Source: Octopus sinensis (taxonomy: Eukaryota). Taken from it: a stretch of 64,000 bases of DNA. Within the stretch, counting starts at the first letter, position 1. Every line of letters begins with the position of its first letter. The position numbers and the translations under genes were made by a program. The stretch covers positions 151,652,001 through 151,716,000 of the forward strand of contig NC_042999.1 of the NCBI RefSeq assembly GCF_006345805.1, read 5' to 3'. Below are positions 53,783 through 64,000 of the stretch, in pieces. The notes under the pieces were generated by a model that saw only the letters and a list, made by a program, of their open reading frames with translations, was not told the DNA's origin and made no database searches.

Positions 53783-55030
53783 ATATGTATATAATCCAAA
53801 ATTAAGGAATGGAGTAGATAAAATCCAGGCTACATATGTTTCATAGCTAGCAGAACCTTGGAAGTAGTAATTACCCAAACAAGGGGTAGTCTACTTGCTA
53901 CTCGTTGGACCAAAGATACCTTAGTCAAATGAAAGTTACTTTGTTGTCGAGGGATCCTGTGTTGATTCACAGGAGATTTGATTGAAAATCTATATATAGC
54001 ATAACTTTGTTCATAGTAAAGTACGTGAAACCGTACAATATAATTTCCAGGAGATGCTGTCTTTGCTCCAAGAAATCCCTGTCTCTTCTGTGGACTAACA
54101 AGATCATTAATAGAATTTCTGAGTGACTCTTGAGATGCCAACATGCATATAAATGTACTTTTGCACAATGCAGTAGGAATAAATTTTGAGCAACTGTTAA
54201 CTTAACTTAATTTACTTAAAGGTATGGATGACAAGTTTACTTTTAATCTCCCTTACAAACACCAAATAGATAGTTAACTCGCTTAGTGATCATGAGTGCA
54301 TATACTCACATTTTTGCGGATGTTTGTATGAACAGGTGTACTTGTGTCATGCAGCTTGCCTAAGGGTGTTTATACATCCATATCTGTTAATGGTTATTTT
54401 TAATACTTTTCTCGCTGGATTGCGTGTTTGTTTCTCATTTTGCCATCTGTGATTTTATTTTTGATCTGTTATATAAATGAATATATTTCCTCCGTCTGGC
54501 TGCTTTTCTTTCCACAAAACAAAAACTTACATTGCGGAACTGTTATATTAATAAGTTGTATTTATTTATCACGCAATGAAATACATCTGCATCTGCACCA
54601 CTGGATGCTCCTGAACCAGTTGTTGAGTGTCCCAACCATGAGGGATTGATGGGAGGTGTGTCAAAATAATTGTCATGATTAATAATAAATTCTCGCATAT
54701 TCCATCTTCTGTCTTTCATTTTCCATATATAAAATGTGTGTGTGTGTGTGTTATCAACCATGTATACTTAATGCATATAGCTGCTGTATTTTCCAGTAGG
54801 CTGTGATATGAAGCAGTGGAGATTACTCTTTCAAACTGCTGGGTGAGAGTGTAATCTCCACCATGCCAAATCACAAACCATGTACATTAACTATATGTGG
54901 TTGATAATGTTTGCGTAAGAAAGCACTAATTTTGTTAAAATACCATAATAAAAAACATGAAAACCAGACTATGTTTTAACTTTATTCAACTTATATATTA
55001 TTCTATATGCATTCACACAAATTTGAAACA

Positions 55031-55101
<71 letters not shown>

Positions 55102-55434
55102 ATATATTTACTGTTGTGTCTGGGGAGAGATATTTTCTTTTTATGCCTTATAATGTAACACACTCACCTGTAAAATTTCCACTTATTTCTTATTTTTATT
55201 TTCCTAAAATTTTCATTGAGTCTTGCAACCTTTTTCAAGTCAAGACTATTGAAATGGTTGCAAGATGTTAACGAAAATTTTAGGAAAACAAAAGTAAGAA
55301 ATAAGTGAAAATTTACTGGTGAGTGTGTTACATTATAAGGCACAAAAAGAAAATGACTCTTCCCAGACACAACAGAATATGCTTCAACACACAAACTCAT
55401 ATAAAGAATCTTGCAAACCAAATCCAAAAACGAA

Positions 55435-55470
<36 letters not shown>

Positions 55471-55546
55471 GCAGCGTGGAAGGTGTTTATAAGCCATTTA
55501 AGAAACACACAAAAGCCGTTCGATTCACTTCAACATTTAAGTTTAA

Positions 55547-55596
55547 TTTGTCAAAATATTTTCGTCGCTAAAATCCGCGACCTGTTCACTGACAAA
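55547..55596 (-). ncRNA. Mirror copy of the G3-C8 minimal hammerhead
   Basis: Other arm of the palindrome; stem II is fully Watson-Crick (GTCGC/GCGAC). Confidence 0.65.
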
Positions 55597-55613
55597 GTCC
55601 GTGCTGCACGGAC

Positions 55614-55663
55614 TTTGTCAGTGAACAGGTTGTGGATTTTAGCGACGAAAATATTTTGACAAA
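55614..55663 (+). ncRNA. Minimal type-I hammerhead ribozyme motif, G3-C8 core
   Basis: TTTGTCA (I) GTGAACA G GTTGT-GGATTTTA-GCGAC (II) GAAA ATAT T T TGACAAA (I'). Confidence 0.65.
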
Positions 55664-56087
55664 TTAAACTTAAATGTTGAAGTGAATCGAAAGGCTTTTG
55701 TGTGTTTCTTAAATGGCTTATAAACACCTTCCACGCTGCAATTGTTTTCGTTTCAGCACACGATCTCAGATCAAATTACTTGCTATGCGAGTACATCTCC
55801 GTAATATATATATATATATATATATATATGAATATATTCTTTAGGAAGTTGAAAGTTAAGGCTGGTCATAGAGTGACCATTGGTTTCAAACCAATAAAGA
55901 GCTTAGCAGTATCGTCAACTCATCAGACTGCTGTCTATACTGTTAAGTGCTTTATAGGTGCAAAATCAATGGTCACTTTATGACTGGCCATAACTTTTAA
56001 CTTCCTAAAATCTATATTACTGCTCTAATGCTTTAGAGTGCACTTGTTTTTTGCATATAAGAACTACTGATAATATATATAAAGATA

Positions 56088-56390
56088 TACAGGGTGCGGT
56101 GAATAAACTGTTGTCTAAGTTATGTAAAAATGAAAATAACACTGACATCTCATTTTAACAGATATATTTACAAAAAATTACATAAAAGTATCTTGAAATA
56201 CTAAAGAGTAAATTTATTCAATAAAATTTGCCATTGGCATCAACCATGGCCTCCAGACGACTTTGGAATCTCCTGCAACTCTTCTGGATGGTCTCCCTGT
56301 TTAAGTTAGTGAATGCTGCCATAATCCTTGCCTTTAGTTCATCTTTGGTGTTACAAGTTTTGTTGGTCTCTCGCTCAACTGTGCCCCACA
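56088..56390 (-). mobile_element. maT transposon 3' end with TIR
   Basis: TACAGGGTGCG end and sequence matching 31600-31770 (NKTxNTKDELKARIMAAF). Confidence 0.8.
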
Positions 56391-57008
56391 GTTCTTAAGC
56401 ATACAGATATACCTTTTCCCATAAAAACGATGTTGCATTAAAAAATACCTTGAGGTATTTTGGTCATTCCAAGTTATCTCCCTTTGTGTCTAAGCTACCG
56501 TAGTGTAGCTTAGTGTCAAAATCTGTTTTGCCCAGTAACAAGAAATAGTCCATGGTATATCAGGCAAGTTGTCCTGACATCTCATTTTAACAGATATATT
56601 TACAAAAAATTACATAAAAGTATCTTGAAATACTAAAGAGTAAATTTATTCAATAAAATTTGCCATTGGCATCACCATGGCCTCCAGACGACTTTGGAAT
56701 CTCCTGCAACTCTTCTGGATGGTCTCCCTGTTTAAGTTAGTGAATGCTGCCATAATCCTTGCCTTTAGTTCATCTTTGGTGTTACAAGTTTTGTTGGTCT
56801 CTCGCTCAACTGTGCCCCACAGTTCTTAAGCATACAGATATACCTTTTCCCATAAAAACGATGTTGCATTAAAAAATACCTTGAGGTATTTTGGTCATTC
56901 CAAGTTATCTCCCTTTGTGTCTAAGCTACCGTAGTGTAGCTTAGTGTCAAAATCTGTTTTGCCCAGTAACAAGAAATAGTCCATGGTATATCAGGCAAGT
57001 TGTCCTGA
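56142..57008. repeat. 432-bp direct tandem duplication
   Basis: 56142-56573 is repeated at 56574-57004. One 1-nt indel seen (catcaaccatgg vs catcaccatgg). CTGA microhomology at the junction. Confidence 0.95.
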
Positions 57009-57136
57009 ATTTCCAGCCACTCGTATTACAGCTGCAATAATTCAATTGTGTGTACTCTAGTAGAATTTTCTATGTCTTTTCCCCCAAAACTTGGCTATAA
57101 TTTGAGTTGTGTATCACAATCAAACCAGAAGTTTAA

Positions 57137-57357
57137 CCCTTTTGTTACTGTATTTATTTTGAGATGCTCTGTGTTTCTTTCAATTAATTTTAAATATAAA
57201 AAAGAATTTAGTAAAATAACTTGGTTATCATTCAGCTAGTGTTAGGAACATAAATTGTGACTAAGGTTTGGTGGAAGATTTTAATTCAAAACTTATGAAA
57301 ACAAGACATTTGTACTCAGAGCCAGAGCCGGTTTCAGCCGGGTTGGCAATGAAACGG
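57137..57357. mobile_element. piggyBac-type MITE, second copy
   Basis: TTAA|CCCTTTTGTTAC ... GAAACGG|TTAA; interior is the reverse complement of 14739-14942. Confidence 0.8.
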
Positions 57358-57794
57358 TTAAGACGGTTCTTGAGAAGACAGAAGAACTCAGGCTTCCTGG
57401 TCACTGTTCAACTAGTGTTTAGAAGAATAACGTTGTCTACAATGCTTTTTTCTAACCATGTACCATGAACACAATATCCTCACCTCTTGCAACAACATGA
57501 ATAAGTAACTGTTAAATTTTTAACTGAAACATGACATGTCTTCATGTCTCTCTGCTAGTAAACAGTGACTCAACTCCCAGCAAGTAACTGTTGTAAATAT
57601 TATTAAATTATGTATAAATAGATGTTCTCATCAAAATCTAAAATGGACTTGGTTGTATTTGGGGAACAGCAAGCAACCAAATTCAACTCTACTATCTATT
57701 CAACATCCAGCTAACCAAAATTTCAATACTACGTTGTTCTTTACAAGACCAATAAAATAAGTACAGCAATAATTTTTTTTGTTTTGTTTTTTCT

Positions 57795-58238
57795 TTTCTG
57801 CTCTAGGCACAAGGCCTGAAATCTTTGAGGAGGGCGCCAGTCGATTAGATCGAGCCCAGTACACAACTGGTACTTAATTTATCAGTCCCGAAAGGATGAA
57901 AGACAAAGTCGACCTCGGCGGAATTTGATCTCAGAATGTAAAGACAGATAAAATACTGCTAAGCATTCAATTTCACCTGGTGTGCTAATGTTTCTGCTAG
58001 CTCACTGCCTTAAAATATTCTTTTCCTTTCTACTCTAGGCACGAGGCCTGAAATTTTGGGGGAGGGGGCCAGATGATTAGCTCAACCCCAGTATGCAACT
58101 AGTACTTAATTTATCGACCCCGAAATAATGAAAAGTAAAGTCGACCTCAGTGGAAGTTGAACAAAGAACGTAAAGACAGACAGAATACCACTAAGCATTT
58201 TGCCCAGCATGCTAATATTTCTTCCAGCTCGCCACCTT
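57795..58238 (-). mobile_element. Two tandem family B SINEs
   Basis: Two consecutive copies (about 57795-58010 and 58025-58238) matching 19730-19948. Confidence 0.8.
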
Positions 58239-58499
58239 AAAATAAATACAATAATGCTTCGATATATGATTTAATTTGTTCCCAGAGGTTGCTCATAAAG
58301 CAAAAGCTCATAAAGCAGAGCAGTAATTTCCCATTGTAGCAATGTTATGAATTGTAATTTGTTCTTAGAAAAATATTTTACCTATAAAATTTATCATACT
58401 TGAAAATAAATGGCAATAAAACAACAGTAGAGTGTAAAGAATATTTTATGTAAAGTAAAAGGAATGTCAAGATCATTTATAATAAAAAATAATATTATA

Positions 58500-58793
58500 A
58501 TCGTTTTCTGAATCACTTTCACTAGAACTAGACTCACGCATATCATCACTTGTAGACGCGATTGCTGATTAACAAGAACTCATAGACAGACTTGTAGATT
58601 TCTTTTTAAAAAACAAGTCTAGAGTTGCTTGCTTAGAAGCTCTCTATAAATTTCCCAGTAACACGCAGAAGCATTTGTTATGGTACTAGAAACTTTTGCA
58701 TGTTGTTCAAAATTTGGATCTTGTGCTTGAAAAATAAAACTCGTAGACATGGGGTCTCATAAATCAGGTCCCCATAAAGTGAGGTATTACTGT
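58500..58793 (-). mobile_element. Possible pogo/Tigger-like remnant
   Basis: Minus-strand end TACAGTAATACCTC and a decayed YRELLSKQ...DLFFKKK-like C-terminal text. Confidence 0.4.
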
Positions 58794-59153
58794 ACCTGAC
58801 TAAGTATTACAATTGATATTCCTTTGAAGGTGATGCTCTAGCTTGGCCACAGCTGAAAGATGGAAACCAGTAAAAGAATATATCATTATATGGAATGTTT
58901 TAGTTTTATAAAATAAATAATCACTTGAAATATCTTCTCAGCATTATCAACCAGGTGCAGCTGAAAATTATTTCTTATAACATGCACTTCATTTTATTCT
59001 CCAATTCCTCTACATGGTTCTACTTATGCTTTAAGAATATTTGGCTTTTTCTTCTTTTCATATGTAAGAGTTTGTAATATTCAGAATGGTACAGGAGCAC
59101 AATGACCCCAAATTTTAATGTGTTTTGATAATTAAGACATGAAAATTATAATT

Positions 59154-59199
<46 letters not shown>

Positions 59200-59530
59200 T
59201 GTGTGTGTATATATATATATGTATGTGTGTGTGTATATACACACACGGACGTTAAACGATAATGATAATGATGATTTCTCTATTATGTTGGTGCTGTACA
59301 ATGGTTTAATTATGACTTTAGCTCTTATTTCTAGCAGGTGCATGCTTTTATGCATCCTTATGCTTGGTGCAAATTTGTAAATTATAGCTAAATAATGCTA
59401 TTTGCCTGCGGACCCCTATGTTACTTCTGGTGATACCATCAATTTTAAATTTTATCACAGATGATATTAACAGTAGTGACATCTTATTTCAAATCTTAGT
59501 GTTTGAATGTTCTGTTTATATATATATATA

Positions 59531-59579
<49 letters not shown>

Positions 59580-59654
59580 TATATACATACATACATATAT
59601 ATATATACACATATATATAAAAATATATATATATATATATAACGAAGAAAAAAG

Positions 59655-59703
<49 letters not shown>

Positions 59704-59834
59704 ATATATATTATATATATATATATACATATACATACATACATACATACATACATGTATGTATGTATGTATGTATGTATGTATGTATGTATGTATGTAT
59801 GTATGTATGTATGTATGTATGTATGTATCTTTTA

Positions 59835-60240
59835 TCTCCCATCTTTTACTTGTTTCAATCATTTGACTGCAGCCATGCTGGGCACTGCTTTGAAATTTTA
59901 GTCGAATGTATCAATTCCAGTACTTATATCATATCTCAAAGCCTGGTACTTGCTCTATTGGTCTCATGTGCTGAACCTCTAAGTCACAGGGACATAAACA
60001 AATCAGCTGCAGTTGTTAAGCAGCGGTGGGGGACAATCACAGACACAAAGAAACATACACACATATAAATTTATATACAACAGTCTTCTTTCAGTTTCTG
60101 TCTGCCAAATCCACTCACAGAGCTTTGGTCAGCCTGAGACTATAGTAGAAGACACTTGCACAAGGTGCCATGCAGTGGGACTGAACCCAGAACCTTGTGG
60201 TTAAGAAGCAAGCTTCTTACCACACAGCCACACCTGCACC
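59835..60240 (-). mobile_element. Family A SINE
   Basis: Reverse complement of 19262-19684. Confidence 0.8.
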
Positions 60241-60287
<47 letters not shown>

Positions 60288-60789
60288 ATGTATGTATGTA
60301 TGTGTGTGTTTGTGTGTGTGAAGGCATGTCACTTAGTGGTTAGGGCATTCGGCTCATGATCATAAGGTTATTGTAACAGACATTATTCTACCTAACCTAT
60401 TATGTTATCAAAAAAATTAACAACCATATATATATATGTATATATATATACACACATATACATACATATATATATATTTTTATGTATATATATATATGTA
60501 TATTTATATATATATATATTTTTATGTATATATATATGTATAGTTATATATATATATATATATATATATATCTATATATATATATATGATATTTACCACA
60601 TGAACTACGATGAAAAATATATGAGAAAGACATAGTACGTAAAATTTTTGTGCAGGGGTTCCTTGAGGCATGTAATTTATTTTAAGGGTTACACAAGGGT
60701 AAAAAGGATGAGAAACACTAGCCGGTGTTAAAAATTCTTCTCAGTATCTTAGTTTATAATATACATATGAAGCTAATGTATAAGAAATA

Positions 60790-60990
60790 TTATTACCTTC
60801 ACCTTAGCGAAGGTGGAGGTATTGTTTACAGTCGTGTTTGTTTGTTTGTATGTCCGTGGACAAGATATCTCAAGAACTGCTTGATGGACTTGGATGAAAC
60901 TTTCAGAGATATTTGGCCTTGTTACTGGCACAAACTGATTAGATTTTGGTATCAATCTAGTGCTGGACAAGGATTCTGGATTATTTTTCT
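60790..60990 (+). mobile_element. Helentron-associated (DINE-1/HINE-like) non-autonomous element fragment
   Basis: ACCTTCACC-TTAGCGAA-GGTGGAGGT hairpin followed by (GTTT)n and gatgaaacttt, an architecture typical of such elements. Family call is inferred. Confidence 0.5.
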
Positions 60991-61984
60991 TGTTTTTTTT
61001 TTTTTTTTACTTTACATGTATATGTAGAGTTTCACATAGTTCTCTTGTACATGCACAAATATACTCACACTTTATCGGCTTTTTCGCTCCTTCCTTTGTT
61101 ATTCATCTATCATCCCTTCCTTTCTTATTCATATGACTCTCTCTTTGCCACTTCATTTCGTCTTTCTCATTGTCATTACTTTCCCTCACTCCGTCTCAGT
61201 CATTTACTCAGTGTATTACTCGCACTACTTCTCCTTCACTGTATTAGTATTTCATCTCCTCTCCCTTCACCTCTCGATCAATATATATATATTTTTTGGG
61301 GGATTATTTTCCCGTTTGACAGCCATCAGGTTCATTTTTAGTATTCTCATTTGTGAGAGCTGTTGATTTCATTTCAGATATTCTTATTTAAAAATCATCT
61401 CTGGCTAATCGTTGAGAGGACTTTGGTGTTGCCTTGGTGGAGATTTGTGCTGAGTGCTCTTGTTTTATTATTATTTCTGGGTTATTTTAACAATTTCTTG
61501 TTTGCAAATTTTGAAAATACAGCATATAAGATATATATTTATGTATATCTTTTCCCCATGGCACTGGATCTTAAAGCTGAATAGAAAATGAAGATGATAT
61601 TGATGTATTCAAGATATTCAAGATGAAGATGTGACAATCTCGTTAAGAATGACAATTTGTTAAACAGGATTAAGTTACTACAACTGGATACCAATAGAAA
61701 TAGCAAAATATTTGTGGAAGATATGTTGCATTAATATGTATCTCATCTACATCACTAATGAATCTTGGAATAGCATGAACATCGCAGTATCCATTTATTA
61801 TTCCTTCCGACAAAATCAGTGGTGCTAGTCTATTGATGTTGAAAGGAAAGAAAAAACAAACAAACAGATTATGTGCGTGTCTGAGTGCGTCATTGGGAAA
61901 ATGATAATGTTTGTGTGTAAACACGGATGAATGCTTAAATTATATATGCCTAATCTGTAAGTGTGCATGGATGTATCTGAAAGT

Positions 61985-62248
61985 GAATGTGTGTGTGTGT
62001 GTGTATGTATATATGTATGTATGTATGTATGTATATATATATGTATGTATATGTATGTATGTATATATATATATGTATGTATGTATACGTATGTATGTAT
62101 GTATATATATATATATGTATATGTATGTATGTATATATATATGTATGTATATGTATGTATGTATATATATATGTATATATATGTATGTATATATATATAT
62201 GTATATATATGTATGTGTGTATATATATATGTACATATACATATATAT

Positions 62249-62289
<41 letters not shown>

Positions 62290-62370
62290 ATATACATAAT
62301 ATATATACACACATCTACATGCATACAAACAAATATATAAATATATGTGTGTGTGTGTATATATATATAC
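61985..62370. repeat. Compound (TG)n/(TATG)n/(TA)n tract
   Basis: Read directly from the sequence. Confidence 0.95.
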
Positions 62371-64000
62371 ACACACACATTGTCACTAAGTTTCAGTGAA
62401 TGCAATAAGGAATGAGTCACATCAAAACAAAGATATATGTATATATGTGTGTGTGTGTGTACGTACATATAGTGTAATCAAACTAATCATATTGATTTCC
62501 TTGCATAGGTACAAGGTGTCAAAAGTTCTGATGTTCATGCCATTTTCAAAAGGTATTAGCAATGTGAATGAAGTTAGATGACTTTTATGCAATTCTACTC
62601 CTCCTATTTCCTCTATTCACTGTTGCCAATCATAGACCCATACTAAGTACTTCCTTTTCATAACCGTATCTCTTTCAAACTCCCTTTTTTTTTCCCCTAT
62701 TTCTCTGTGTGTGTCTCTCTCTCTCTCTGTCTCTCTCTCTATATATATATCATTTGTTCTCCCCACACTCCAACCCTTAACTTTCAATAGTTTCAAATTG
62801 AATATAAACTGTATTGATCTCATCCAGCTGTCCTTATCCTTCACCCTAAAAGGGTCTGGAAAAGCAATAGACTGATCAGTCTCTTATTGATTTTAATACA
62901 AACTACAAAAAAAAAAATAACAACAACAATAATAAAAAAAATCCCTTTAAAATCGAAGCTAGTTCATGGAGTCACCTCACAGAGATTTATATCTACTTCA
63001 TAGCTTTTTCTATTCAATTCTACTGTTTTTTAGGCTTTTTAAAAAATTTTATTATTATTTATTTGTTTGTAAAATTTTCTTATTTATTCATCGGAATATC
63101 AGACTTTTTGTAAGTTTGACCTTCATTAGCGGCAACAGATTTCCCATTGGATTCATGATTCAACCCCCTAAATTCATGATTCATACCAGTCTCATGAACA
63201 TCTTGGTTGTTTTATTGTCCCTCAATGAATTTTCTACAACTTGGATATATAATAGCCTAGGCTTTAGCTTTTATACTTGCTCAAGCAGGCGTTTCTTGTT
63301 TTTGTTGTTGCTTTTGGCAGTTTTTCAGTTTTCACTCTTGGTATACTTGTATTTTGTGTTTGTGTGTATTAATGTGTGAGCGAGGGTCATTGAAAGAGAA
63401 AGCAGGAAAGAAAGAGAGAGAGAGAGAAAGAGAGAGAGGGAGAGAGAGAGAGAGAGAGAGAAGGTATATGTATATAATTTAGAGTGAATGTGTTATGAAT
63501 GAGTTTGTACATAGTGTCTCAACATAATTGCTGTCATTGTCATCGTCATCATCACATCATCATCATCACCACCACCACCACCACCACCATCATCACCTGC
63601 TTTTTTATGCCTGCATGAGTTGGATGTGTGTGTGTGTGTACACGTACTTACATGCATACATATACATACATATATACATTCATGCACACACATGTTATCA
63701 TCATCTTTTAATGTTCGTCTTCCATGCTGACACATGCTGGATGGTTTGATGGGTTACAGGACTATCTCATGTACCGATCTCTGCTTTGACATGGTGTTCT
63801 ACAGCTGGATGCCCTTCCTATTGTCAAGCACTCTACAAACTGTACAGGGTGCTTCCTTCCACAGCACCACCACTAGCAAGGTCACCATCTTGCTTGCAAG
63901 GTTAATCTTCCATCAAATGAGTGATCTTACAGTAGTGAGGGCGATCGCTTTATGTTAGGTGAGGAAAGGTTGGAAGAAGCTGGAACAGGCTTCTATCCGC

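Overview
AT-rich, microsatellite-dense eukaryotic DNA. The repeat landscape (RTE LINEs ending in (GAT)n, tRNA-headed SINEs, compound TA/CA microsatellites) suggests a cephalopod such as Octopus; this is inference. No host gene can be called with confidence, only candidate plus-strand exons. The window is dominated by mobile DNA: three long 5'-truncated RTE LINEs (one with a long uninterrupted EN-fragment/RT ORF), many short RTE 3'-end copies, a decayed CR1-type LINE, several SINE families, hAT, piggyBac and Tc1/pogo-type MITEs, maT (DD37D) and mariner remnants, and Penelope-like element (PLE) fragments. The most unusual signal is a set of minimal type-I hammerhead ribozyme motifs, several inside near-perfect palindromes. 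These include a G3-C8 covariant core (55.5-55.7 kb), a C3-G8 core in a perfect 62-bp-arm palindrome (45.3 kb), U3-A8 versions, and a five-copy PLE family with a shared A6U core. A PHD-type C4HC3 zinc finger sits inside the RTE reverse transcriptase. All structures were folded by eye and need computational and experimental checks.
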